Assembly (NCBI GenBank): GCA_030390025.1
Contig: CM059433.1
Span: forward strand, 24,492,001-24,556,000
Reading direction: 5' to 3'
DNA from: Squalus acanthias
Taxonomy: Eukaryota
Length of the DNA: 64,000 bases
Part shown: piece after piece, positions 51,573-63,905 of the stretch
How positions within the stretch are numbered: the stretch's first letter is position 1
How the letters are laid out: each line of letters opens with the position of its first letter
Notes under the pieces: generated by a model
The model's input: only the letters and a program-made list of their open reading frames with translations
Database searches by the model: none
What the model was told of the DNA's origin: nothing
Program-made: the position numbers and the translations under genes

Positions 51573-53691
51573 GTGAGGAAACTTGCTATATAAGACACAA
51601 GTTCATGTTGACCAGTAAATAGCAACTGACTAGTACTATTTCGAAGTTTGTTCTTGAACTACCTTTCTAGTTCATGATGGTAAAATATCTGGGGTGTACG
51701 TAGTAAAATATATCATAGTTTACAACGCCCAGCTATTTTGTGCCATGTTTGCCTTGAGAACAATGTAGCACTGTTACAGTAGTATTTTTTAGTCCTAGAT
51801 ATAATTTAAATTTTTGTTTCACCTCTGGGGCTCGAGTTTTAGTCTTCAGAAGAAATTTTGTCCTAATTTTAGTTTAGTCTTTTGCTTCCAAACTTTCGTT
51901 GTAATTTAGTTTTAGTCAAGAATGTAGTTTCTGGCTTCCATATTTTTGTTCATGTCTTCATTTTCATTCAAATTGTTTTGCCTCTTGCACAACTAAAGTC
52001 CAGAAAAATAGTAAAGTGAAAAGCTTATGCTTTATATGATGACTAAGATTTGATTTGTTGGTTTAAATTTCCAACAGCTGCTCTTAAAGTTGTGGACCAC
52101 TGACTGCTTTTAAATTTATCTTGTGTCTATATCTTGAATTTTAGTTTCATATTGGCTTCAGTCACCAAGACATTTTGTCCTTATTTTAGCTCGAGTTGTC
52201 AAAAAAGTTGTTGCAGTCCTTGACTCCTTTATTCATCATTTGAGTCAATGTAAACAATGCTGCTCATTAGGCATCATAATCGTGTACCATTTTTGGAATG
52301 CAGTCCCCTTTTTAGTCTGAATTGCATCATCATATCAGTTCATTAGCTAACAGAATAAGTTTTCCAAACACTTCAGAATTGTATCCCTTTTAAGAGTGGT
52401 TCTTGTCCATTGCCTGAATTTTTAAATCTCACTTGTTTAAGGTGATGAGGCAACTAAATTGGTTCCTTTTTTAGGTAGGTCTATGATTTGATAATGACCG
52501 TATCTTGGTGTATGTCATATGTTCTACATTAGATCAGGAAAGCAATATTTTATATTCAGAAGCTTTTAATAAAACTTGAAGTTTATTAATGTTTTTGGGT
52601 CTTTTCTACCTTTCTTTGTTTAGATTATTGTTTAGCCTTCCCATTGCACACACATACCTATTGTTTATCTACATAAGCTGCCTTTGATGAGCAATATCAC
52701 CACTTAAGACCTTGTTTTAAGTTTAAAATTAAGCAAATTTACTTTACAAAAGACGAACAAGCAAATAATTAAGTGATACATATTTATAGTACAAATCCTG
52801 TTGAGCTTCTCCACGAAAATGTCACCAATCTACTTTTTATATACAGTCATTCCTTTTTTTTTATTGCTTTTTTTCATCACTACAGGAGCTAATGACAGCT
52901 CCAAACGGGCTACGCAATTTGAGCAACTACAGATCCTTAAATATCCCTGGAAACATTTACTGGGATTTTCTGGATTTTGAGTAATTGTCAACTGCATTCG
53001 GAAATAACTCTCCATCACACACAAACAAACAAAGTAGCTTCACTCCTCGAGCTTTTTGAATGAATCTTAGTATCGAGTTAAGCTTGGTACATGATTCTGA
53101 CTGTAGCTGACTCTTAAGCTCCTTTTTTAAATATTGTCAGGAGTTGAAAGGACAGGCACCAAGTCAAAACTAGACAGACAAGCTTCCTTTTTTCACTGTA
53201 CCCTAGATCTATTACAGTATTTGCTTTAATATGACATGCAGAATATGTAGACTAAGCATACGTACTATACGGCATGTACTTGTGCTTCCACTGCTGTGTA
53301 TCTGTTTCAGAAGCTATAATGAGGCTATTTACCTCAACCAATGCTGTATCCTAAAACTGTCATGTTTGCTTTGAGTATTAGATCAAATAGTTACATGCGC
53401 ATCCTTAATAAATAACTGAATAACTTGCATGTCGACGGGTAACAAGCTCACTATTTTCATTCTTGTTACTCTTTTGTAAACTTAGTGGGAATGGGGAACA
53501 AAGTACTATGGGACAAAGATGCAGCGTTGTACAAAAGGGTACCATCTGTGCAGTGTTTTAAAATGGAAATGAGGGCCATAATTAACCAAATTTACTTTTG
53601 TAGCAATGTATTAAAAAAAAACATTGGATTTAAGCATATGCATCTATTTATATGAATTGGCCTGAGGTTGGATGGCTGCATGCTCGAGCAA

Positions 53692-55433
53692 CTGAGAAGG
53701 TTCCTCTAGTCTGGGCCGTGGTAGTGGGCGCGATCGTGGCGGGTCGGGTGGGGAAGTTGTTTTTGGGAGCGGGTGGGGAACCTGCTGTCATCCCGCCCCC
53801 ACGCGCCTTTCCCCCAGGTGCATCTGTCATCGCGGAGCCAACTCGACCGGCAGCGGTGGGCTACCTAATTGAAATAATTATCAGGTCATTTGCAGGCACT
53901 TGAGTCTTTTTTCACTAACTTTTTAAATTTCCCTGCATGGCCACGGGATTCATGCAGCTCGGGAACCACATCTGTCAACCTGAGGCGGGAGTTGTGGCCA
54001 TTGCTCCAGCTGATTACTTGACAGCATCAAATGTTCAGTGAAAGCTCCCACTGACAGATGATCACTTTCCTCAGGCAGAAGCTGTTGCTCAGTCCATTTC
54101 CAGCACAGATTCTGCAGGCTGCAAGTGTTCCAGCAAAGTCTCCATCCAGTGTCCCTTCATTGGAAGAACTCTCTCTCCACTGACAGAATGCTTCTGTCAT
54201 CTGTACTTCACCTGCCATCTATTCCATCAACATGGGTGCCATTTATACTGTCTCACCTTGGTCCTCTGAATCGGACCACGATGAGCCCCAATACCAACAA
54301 CACCACCAACCTTCTCCACAATCACCTGATGCTACAGAGGACGTCGGCACCCAAGCACATTGCTTCCTGGGAGGCCAGGGATGGCCTCATCACGGCCAGA
54401 TTTAGTTACCTTTACGTTGTACACCCATATGGCTGCCACATGATGCACCAGGTTGGCACCACCCCACACCATAAAGCATCCCTACAATGCCCAATCCATT
54501 CCTTTCCCACTCCTCACCATTGCAGGGGTTACCGTTATGTCTCACCATTCACTGCAACTCACTAAGCCACTTCCAAAGGTGCACACAAATCTGTCCAAGA
54601 TTGGAAGGTGTTGAAAATAAAGATTTTTATGTTTGACACCACATTAACAGAAACTTTACATAAATATTGGATAAAACACCCAAGTGGCTACCCTTGTGTG
54701 TTAGTTGGTATGATTGCATGAGTGTGAGGGGTGGCTAGTGAGATGGGGGATGTGATAATGTAGATAGAGAGCGAGGGATGGGTGGAGGTGCAAGGTAAGT
54801 TGGTGTGAGTAAGGATGTGCAGGAGTAGGGTTGGGAAGGCAGAGTGATGGGGATGTGATGAGAGGCACAGCAGGATGCAGTTGAGTGTGGCTTTGTACTA
54901 ACATTTGTTGATCTCATGAGATAATTGAAACGTTTGCGGCACTGCACCCAGGTCCTCCTGACCACATCCCTGCTTGTGACCTCCTCTGCAAACTGCAACC
55001 AGGCTGTCTTGGTCTCCTGGGGAGGGCTCTTCCGCCCATCGGATGGGAAGAGGCCCTCCCTGCGTGTTCTGACTCCCTCCATAAGCATATGGAGGGAGTC
55101 ATCGGAGAACCTGGGTGCAGCCCTCTGCCTCTGTGCAGTCATTGTCAGTGTTTGCAGCACTCCAATGCTGTAGTGCACTGACAGCACCATGTCAGATTAA
55201 ACTTCAAATATAATGTGGCCATGGTCCCTTCAAAGATCCCGGCGGATAACGTGTCATGAATGATGTCACCAGACCCGCTCCATCTCATTGGGCTGGGTAA
55301 CACGCAGGGCGGGCTTAATAGGCCCCATTAAGGTAAGTTTATTTTCAACAGCGGGATGGAACCAGCAGCGGGGTCACGACCCGCCATGGACCCCGCGCGC
55401 ACCAGACCCGCCTAGGTAAAGAAAATTCCTGCC
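53692..55433 (-). mobile_element. Deleted Harbinger transposon retaining the Myb/SANT-like DNA-binding ORF start (54735-55190, minus strand)
   Basis: RAAPRFSDDSLHMLMEGVRTRREGLF...AWLQFAEEV..RTWVQCRKRFNYL is a Myb/SANT-like (NAIF1/MSANTD-type) domain typical of the Harbinger accessory protein. Right terminus aaaattcctgcc|TTA; left end degenerate. Confidence 0.8.
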
Positions 55434-55504
55434 TTAATTTCACGTGTCATAAATTTGAGTGTTCTGGTTGCTGTAACTTAATCTCTTTCCTCTGAGATAA
55501 CCTC

Positions 55505-55822
55505 AGTTTTCAGCAGTTGAGCTGAGGCAGGGAAGGAGTCGGGCGATGTTACGGAGGTGGAAGTAGGCGGTTTTGGTGATGGAGCAGATATGTGGTCGGA
55601 AGCTCATCTTGGGGTCAAATGGGATGCCAAGGTTGCGAACGGTCTGATTCAGTCTCAGACAGTGGCCAGGGAGAGGGATAAAGTCGGTGACTAGAACGGA
55701 GTTTGTGGTGGGGACCAAAGACAATGGCTTCGGTCTTCCCAATATTTAGTTGGAGGAAATGTTGACTTATCCAGTACTGGATATTGGACAAGCAGTATGA
55801 CAAATTAGAGAGAAAGAGGGGG
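55505..55822 (-). mobile_element. L2 LINE internal fragment
   Basis: [24 protein letters not shown]; reverse-complement match to 57500-57800. Confidence 0.85.
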
Positions 55823-55881
55823 TTGGAGAATTCAATAAGGTTGGTCAAGCATAACCTTCCCCTTAAAAATCTGTGCTGACT

Positions 55882-56173
55882 CCTCTTCATCCTGGCAAAT
55901 GCCAATTTAAAGTTCAGCATATTCCCCCTTTTTAAAGGGGCACAACCAATAAAAGAACAGTAACTTAACAAAAATAACTTTAAAGGAACCTTAACAAATT
56001 AAATTAAATTTTTGTTCCCGGGTGTAATGATGCACTCCAGTCCCTGCGGTGCCCACCGGTCGCGGAAGGCCTCGAGCGTGCCGGTGGACACCGCGTGCTC
56101 CATCTCCAGGGCCACCTGGGAGCGAACGTAGCCACGGAAGAGAGGCTGGCTGTCAGGCCGAACGACCCCCGAG
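55882..56173 (-). mobile_element. 3' end of a probable Tx1/L1-clade retrotransposon inserted in a CR1 fragment
   Basis: Minus strand ..PLFRGYVRSQVALEMEHAVSTGTLEAFRDRWAPQG.. stop, then AT-rich 3'UTR. 15-bp TSD AAATC(T/C)GTGCTGACT at 55867-55881 and 56174-56188. Confidence 0.7.
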
Positions 56174-56655
56174 AAATCCGTGCTGACTATTTATTATAAC
56201 GGCAATTGATGCTAGATCAATTGTTAATTTTAAATTAGAGATTGATAGCTTTTTGTTAACCAAAATTAAAGAATATGGGCCGAAGACGGCTATATGGAGT
56301 TAGATCGCAGATCAGCCATGATCTCATTGAATGGCGGAACAGGCTCGAGGGATGAATGGCCTACTCCTGTTCCTATGTTTATTATATTTTCAGTTTCTAG
56401 ATGGGTTTTTCTATTACTCTTTGAGTAAAGCTTCCATTACCTTTCCTACCACTGATGATGATAAGCTAACTGGCCTATAGTTCCCTGGACTAGTTCTATC
56501 TCCCTTTTTAAATAAATGTAAACCGATATTCTTTTGAGTTACCATTTGTTTCTTGTATTTTTGACTTGCAAGATACATAGCACAAAATATTCAAGTTATA
56601 ACATGGTATATAGTGGTGGACCAGATATATGCTGTAGACAGTAGAACTTCTTTAA

Positions 56656-58420
56656 GGTTTGGCCCACTGGGCCAAACTTCCTCTAAGGTTCCCCCCTACC
56701 CTAGCCCTGAACTCACATCTTTCTCTAGTTTTTCTCTGATTTCCTTTCATGACCTCTCTGCGCTCATCTTGTCCATGAGACCCACCTCCTGCTCCCTCGA
56801 CCCTATTCCCACCAAACTGCTGATCACCCAACTTCCTTTTCTGGCTCTCATGTTAGCTGATATTGTTAACAGTTCTCTCTCCTCAGGTACTGTTTCCCTC
56901 TCTCTCAAATCTGCTGTCATCACCCCTCCTCAAAAAAACAAAACAACCCTTGATTCCTCTGTCCTTACAAACTACCGTCTCATCTCCAACCTCCCTTTCC
57001 TCTCCAACGTCCTTGAACGTGTTGTTGCCTCCCAAATCCATGCCCATCTTTCCCGCAATTCCATGTTTGAATCCCTCCAATCAGGTTTCCGCCCTTGCCA
57101 CAGTACTGAAACGGCTCTCATCAGAGTCACAAATGACATCCTTTGTGACTGACAAAGGTAAACTATCCCTCCTTATCCTTCTTGACTTGTCTGCAGCCTT
57201 TGACACGGTTGACCACTCCATGCCTCTCCAACGCCTCTCCACTGTCGTCCAGCTGGGTGGGACTGCACTCGCCTGGTTCCATTCTTATCCATCTAATCGT
57301 AGCCAGAGAATCCCCTGCAACGGCTTCTCTTCCAGCTCCCGCATCGTTACCTCTGGTGTCCCCCAAGGATCTATCCTTGGTCCCCTCCTATTTCTCATCT
57401 ACATGTTGCCCCTTGGCGACATCATCCAAAAACACAGCGTCAGTTTCCACATGTACACTGACGACACCCAGCTCTACCTCACTACCTCTTCTCTCGACCC
57501 CTCCACGGTCTCTAAATTGTCAGACTGCTTGTCCGAGATACAGTTCTGGATGAGCCAAAATTTTCTCCAATTAAATATTGGGAAGACCAAAGCCATTGTT
57601 TTTAGTCCCTGCCATAAACTCTGTTCCCTAGCCACTGACTCCATCCCTCTCCCTAACATCTGTCTGAGACTGAACCACACTGTTCGCAACCTTGGTGTCA
57701 TATTTGACAGTGAAATGAGCTTCCAACCACATATCCGCAGCATAACTAAGACAGCATACTTCCACCTCTGTAACATCTCCCGTCTCTGCAATTGCCTCAG
57801 CTCATCCATGCCTTTGTTACCTCTAGACTTGACTATTCCAACGCACTCATGGCTGGCTTCCCACATTCCACCCTACGTATACTTGAGGTCATCCAAAACT
57901 CGGCTGCTTGTGTCCTAACTCGCACCGAGTCCCGTTCGCCCATTGCCCCTGTGCTCGCTGACCTACATTGGCTCCCGGTTAAGCAGCGCCTTGATTTCAA
58001 AATTCTCATCCTTGTTTTCAAATCCCTCCATGGCCTCGCCCCTTCCTAGCTCTGTAATCTCCTTCAGCCCCACAACCCCCCCCCCCCCCCCCCCGAGATA
58101 TCTGCGCTCCTCTAATTCTGTCCTCTTGAGCATCCCTGTTTATAATCGCTCAACCTTTGGTGGCCGTGCCTTCTGTTGCCTGGGCCATAAGCTCTGGAAT
58201 TCCCTCCCTTAACCTCTCCGCCTCGCTACCTCTCTCTCCTCCTTTAAGACGCTCCTTAAAACCTACCTCTTTGACCAAGCTTTTGGTCACCTGCCCTAAT
58301 TTCTCCTTATGTGGCTCGGTGTCAAATTTTTTGTCTTGCAATACTCCTGTGCAGCGCCTTGGGACGTTTTACTACATTAAAGGCGCTATATAAATAGTTG
58401 TTGTTGTTGTTGTTGTTGTT
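56656..58420 (+). mobile_element. L2-clade LINE, 5'-truncated, well preserved RT
   Basis: TSCSLDPIPT, NYRLISNLPF, QSGFRPCHSTETAL, LLDLSAAFD, GVPQGSILGP, YTDDTQLY, SRLDYSN; few frameshifts; (GTT)n tail. Confidence 0.94.
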
Positions 58421-59561
58421 TCCTACAATAAGAGCAGAGGAGTAATTGGGGAAATAAAGCAGCAATCTGTTAAATGTGGTTAATTCATTGACTGAAGATC
58501 AGATTATTTTTGCTGTCTGAAATGCACAGTAGCTGAGATTTATTTCCCAGATTTCTGAAAGCTTAATGTGTTTTTTATCGGTTCTTCTCCCTACATCTTT
58601 TGGGGAGGTGGGCAATGTTCTTACAAAATAAATTTGTGCCTTGGATGTGTCTTTGCTCACAGATGATGAGAAGAACATAAAATGTAATGGGGAGTGTTAA
58701 GATCTAATAGTTGTGAGCTCTTGATCTTGGCCATGTCACCAGGTAGATGATGAGCAAGGACAGGGAGGGAAATCAGATGGTGAACTATTAATTTAGTTTA
58801 ACTGGTTAAATAAGTTTTTATTTTAACTTGTGTACACATTTTTAAGCGCAGTAAATGCTGTTGATACTTTGGCTTGATCTTTAAACATAATTTTAGGATA
58901 ATCACAGTGAGGTGTTCTTAATGTTTCACTTTGTCTCAAGAAAATCAAGTATATGTTTAGCTAGATATAAGTGATGGTTTTTTTTTTGAAACCCGAACAA
59001 ATTTTTTTGAAATGGATTTTAACCAATTTAGTTAATGGCTCAAGAAAACATTCTCCAAAGGTATTCGGGCATAAAACATAAACCTTTGATTGTATTGACT
59101 TAAAGTGCATCACCATACTTCAAAATGAATTTTATGATGTTTCCTAATGCCTGAAGAATATGTACATGAGGAGAGGGAATACATTGCACAGTAAACAGCA
59201 TGATGACAGCTTAAATTGATGGAACCAAACTGAATGAACGTCAATTGTAAAAGCATCTTAACTGCTTTTAATGTATAAAAAAGCATTATCAAATAACAGT
59301 AATAAAATTTGCCTGCACTCTAGTGTCTAGCTGAAACGTCAGAGAAATTGAAGCATCATCCTGCTATCCATTCTCTGGTAAATCAGTAATTTATATTTTT
59401 TAGAAATAGATTCTTTCAATTCCATATTCAGTACTTGAGTTTACAATGTGTCAACATGATGGATGGAAATCAAGTGCGAAAGCTGGATGCTCATTGAATG
59501 ACTTGTACCATCTTTTTGATGAGCTCCTTGGGTGCTTTGTGTTTATGTTTATCTTAAATAG

Positions 59562-59742
59562 ACCTTTATTGAACAGACTGGCCATTTCTGGATGAAGCAT
59601 TGTAAAAAAGATTTCAAAAGTGAGGAGCCCTATGAATATGAATCATGGCGTGAGCTGTATCTGAGGCTTTACGACGAAAGAGAACAGAAACTGAAAATAT
59701 TGACACAAAGCATTAGTTCTGCACATGCTAATAAGCCCAAAG
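59562..59742 (+). CDS. eloal: Elongin A-like exon 8 ([35 protein letters not shown])
   Basis: aaatag| acceptor, donor G|GTCAGT, 181 nt, phase 0 to 1. ESWRE.YLRL and AHANKPKG are Elongin A motifs. Confidence 0.95.
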
Positions 59743-61224
59743 GTCAGTGTGAACTTAGTATGGTGCTCACCTTTTTTAATGTAGGCCATGAAACATTTAT
59801 ATTGGCAAGCCATTATAGCGATGCAAAGGTTCGAATTTGAATCATTAATATATTATTGAATCTGGAGTTTGGTAGTCACTGTAGACAGGCGCCCTCTATA
59901 ATTGGGTTCTTCACCTACCTCATACTTAACACGCACTTGAGATGAATTTAAATAAAATGTAGTATGGTGACACAAATGTACCGTTCAGTGCAACTGCTTG
60001 AAGAATTTCAGACAATGACATTGTAATCTTTTGCTGGAAACGCAGGGCAAATTTTGAGGCACAATTTGGGGCAGTTGAAGGAGGCCATGCAACGTTGGCC
60101 TCTGCTATTCAAATAAAGCTCTCATGCCAAACTTCACAAGTTTTGCTAAGGCTCTGCCCACAGTGTTCGCCTCAAGCATAAAAACTGGGCATATCCGTGC
60201 TAGAACTAACCAGGCCTGCTCAGTAGGCCCTCTTGTAGCTGGTTTGTTTTTTGCTGCATTTGCACTTTTTTGCTGCTTGGTTTTTGGAGCTATTGCATTG
60301 ATCATTGTGCCTATATTTTTGGGGTTCCTTGGGATTAATCTTTTGCACAATCCTTGCGTTTGCTATGGCTACACTTCAATTTAAAGTGCCAAGTAGCTGC
60401 TGCAATCCAAGTTCCACCTAGTAAGGTTAGACTGTACTGCTGCATGATCTGGATGCCCCCCCACAGGATGTGACCTCATCTGCAGGTCCAAAGACACCTT
60501 GGATGCTGTGTGCTTATCTTGCTTGTATTACCAAGTTTAGCAAGTCTTGTCCCCCATGCGTCAGGCACCCACACCATGGCCAAGCCCAACCCCAATTTTT
60601 AGCATATCATAAAACCAGGGTGCTTAAAACTCTTAAAGCTAACACAGTAAATGCAGTGTAATTTACAAGAGTTTTTAGTGGGCTATATTTGAAGTCATTG
60701 TTTTAAATGAATACACAATTTTTTAAACCCAGTTCAAATATAGTCAGCCATTTAATGTATGGTCAACTCTCATTCACAAAACCATTTCTGTATGTCCATT
60801 TCTGGTTATGTTCAGGTAAATATGTGTGTATATAACACCTTGTTGTACAAATGCTTGTGGCTAACATTTTGGTGATTTGGCATTTTAACATGAGCAAATT
60901 GGTATTGGGATTAAAATATCTAAATGCAAATTGTTGGGAGGCGCTCCACAATTTATTTTTTAAATGTTTTTTTCCGCATTTTTCTGTTGGTGGGTTTTTG
61001 TTCCTGTCACGCAAGCATGAAGGTGCACGCTACAAAACATGAAATGTGTGCTTTCATTTTGTTAAAATAACAAATGAGCCAAAATGACTCTCTCACTTGA
61101 AAGATTGTATTTGTTATTTGAAAACTATTTAAAGTATTAAGTGCAACTGTCACATCCTGTCTTTTGCAGGTGTGAATAGGATGGGACTCTGAATTGGACT
61201 ACTCATTCAATTCAGCATTGGAAG

Positions 61225-61425
61225 TATCAAAAACAGAGTATTGAAACACGCAGTAGGCCAATCAAGATCTGTAAAGAGGAAAGACATGTTAATGTTTGAG
61301 GTATTGGCTATTTTCATTTCTGAGGAAGGGTCATACACCTGAGACATGTACCTCTCTACAGATGCTGACTGGCCTGCTTATTTCTAGAATTTTGTATTTT
61401 TATTTCAAATTTTAAGCACTTGCAA
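61225..61425. mobile_element. Old inverted pair of Penelope terminal-repeat fragments
   Basis: Same architecture as 3108-3318, with a degenerate ctgagga..gaga core. Confidence 0.55.
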
Positions 61426-61489
61426 TTTTATTTTCCTATTTGTATTGCATACACCGAATTTTGCACTTCTATAGAGTCTTGTGTACTTG

Positions 61490-61820
61490 GGACATGCCAA
61501 AGCACTTTATAACCAATAGATTACGTTTTGAAGTTGGTCACTGATGTTTCATAGACACACACGGCAGCCAATCCCCACACAGGCCCATACAAACAACAAA
61601 TGAATGACTGACCAGATAATCTGTTTGGTGCTGTTTAAGGGAGAAATGTTGGCCAAGAGAACTTTCTCCTTTCGTTCTTTTAAATGCTGCCATGGATCTT
61701 TTATTCCATGTAAGCTAGTTTAACGTCTCATCCAAAAGATGGCGCCTCCAAAGACTCAACACTCCCTCAGTGCTGTACTGAAGTGTCAAGCTAGATTATA
61801 TACTCAAGTCAGTAGTGACT
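61490..61820 (-). mobile_element. Deu-domain SINE, diverged
   Basis: gccatggatctttt..tttaacgtctcatccaaaagatggc..actccctcagtgctgtactg matches the family. Confidence 0.75.
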
Positions 61821-62197
61821 TGAGATGTAGATTATTGACCCAGTTGCCTCTCTTGGTACGACATTTCCAGGGTTCCTGTAAGTTCAGGAACCGTCATGAT
61901 TGACACCGCACTATTCATCGCTGTTTGAAATTGTTACAACCTCCAGTCCCATTCCTAAACTGATATTATGCCAATCCTTCTAGGCATTTATCTAAATTTC
62001 ATTACGTGTTTTATTTTACGATCTATTCCCCGTAGCCATACCTGAGGAGAGGGGAACTATTTCCTTCTAAACTTGTCTTGGGTGAAGCTTTTTAATTTTG
62101 AATTTGTCCTTAAGTTCTGCACTTGGTCCACGTTAATTTACCTTTTTTTAATCACTCAGCACTTTTAAAGAAAAAATCTGCATATATATATGTGTAT

Positions 62198-62333
62198 ATT
62201 CTGTACACCACCTGGTGCAGCAACCCACTGGAAGGTCAAACGAATTAAGCAAAACAGGATATATATATATATCCTGTTTTGCTTAATTCGTTTGACCTTC
62301 CAGTGGGTTGCTGCACCAGGTGGTGTACAGAAT
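62198..62333. repeat. Perfect 136-bp palindrome centred on (AT)7
   Basis: attctgtacaccacctggtgcagcaacccactggaaggtcaaacgaattaagcaaaacagg (62198-62258) + (AT)7 + its exact reverse complement (62273-62333). Confidence 0.98.
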
Positions 62334-62527
62334 CACATGGGTCAGAGCCCCCAGGCTTGTTCCCCAATCAGATCCCCCACACCTTCAAGCAGGGGTCGCT
62401 AGATAGCCCCCAGGGGCTCTGAGGCCAATTCTAGCACCCAAGCTGCTTGGCGGGGGGCTAAAGTACCACTGCACACCCTGGTACAATAACCCCCCGCCCA
62501 CCCCCTAAAACCTTAAGACTACACTTG

Positions 62528-62996
62528 GTGTCAGCTGTGGCTCAGTTGGTAGCACACTCGCCTCTGAGTCAGAAGGTTGTGGGTTCAAGTCCCACTCCAG
62601 GGACTTGAGCACATAAAGCTAGGTTGACACTCCAGTGCAGTTGCTGAGGGAGCGCTGCACTGTTGGAGGTGCCGTCTTTCGGATGAGACGTTAAACCGAG
62701 GCCATGTCTGCGCTCTCGGGTGGACGTAAAAGATCCCATGGCACTATTTCGAAGAAGAGCAGGGGAGTTATCCCGGTGTCCTGGCCAATATTCATCCCTC
62801 AACCAACATAAAAAAAACAGATTATCTGGTCATTATCACATTGCTGTTTGTGGGACCTTGCTGTGTGCAAATTGACTGCTGCGTTTCCCACATTACAACA
62901 GTGACTCCATTCCAAAAGTACTTCATTGGCTGTAAAGTGCTTTGAGACGTCCGGTGGTCGTGAGAGGCGCTATATAAATGCAAGTCTTTCTTTCTA
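62528..62996 (+). mobile_element. Full-length tRNA-derived Deu-domain SINE (SacSINE1-like)
   Basis: A box tggctcagttgg, B box gggttcaagtcc, Deu core ggtgccgtctttcggatgagacgttaaaccgagg..aagatcccatggcact..cccggtgtcctggccaa, L2-like tail + (tttc)n. Confidence 0.92.
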
Positions 62997-63905
62997 TCTT
63001 AAGACTAGAATCATCATTTTATTCTCTGAATTTTCCACAAATTTTGAAGGTTGAGGGGACAAAATTGCACTTATTCCAAATGTGGCCTCATCAATTGTCT
63101 ATATAATGTAAGTAAATTGTAGTTCAATGCACTTCATTATGAAGGCATAGTGTAAAATTAACTCCTGAGCAACAACCCTTACCTTTTTTAGAAAGGAAAG
63201 TGCTGAAGACTGTTTTAGACCAATTCCTGATCAATCTACCTTTTGTATTCCGAGCGAAGATCTTAGTGTTCCAACTACAGCCAAACTTATTCGGTCAATG
63301 CAAAGAACTTCCTTCTGCCTAGGCAATTCTGGGAGATTTTTTTTAATACTTTAGAATTTAAATTAAGACATCACCTTGAAACACACCTGATTTGAGAGTT
63401 GACCTCATTGTTTAATGACTTCATTCCAGTAACCAGTACAACATAAATCCTATCATTTCCAAGCCAGAGGCTTTACACTTTCTCTACAGTATCTAAACCT
63501 TATGACTGTTAGTTTGTAGATGTTACATTTTTGGGTTATGGGTGGAGGATAGTCTCAATTTGGTTCGGGTTCCTACACTGCTTTTAACCGTGGGCATCTA
63601 TTTGACCCTGATGACTGTCAGTTATAACTTAATATTTCACCACACGTCCATAAGACAAGATGAATGCAAATTCAGTTTGAAAATAGTTTGTATTTGACTG
63701 CTAGAAAATTCTCTGACTAGTGCCTGCTACTGGAGTAGCGAAGATAACATGAAATCACCATAGTCAGTTAAAACATGCCATTAGAACCTCATTAGCATTG
63801 CAACAGGGAATGATGTAAATTTTATTGGCTCCGCAGACATTCTTGACCAATGTGATTGTTAGAATATGCCAAAAATGTAAGTTTGATCAATGATTCTGTC
63901 TTCAG

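Noticed and set aside
62190..62402. 70-aa ORF or microRNA gene over the palindrome
   Set aside because: The ORF is incidental. A mismatch-free stem with an (AT)n centre is unlike evolved pre-miRNAs, so it is kept only as a structural finding.
62528..62600. tRNA gene
   Set aside because: The A/B boxes continue directly into a multi-copy SINE body. The same applies to 4770-4842, 9230-9290 and 16880-16970.
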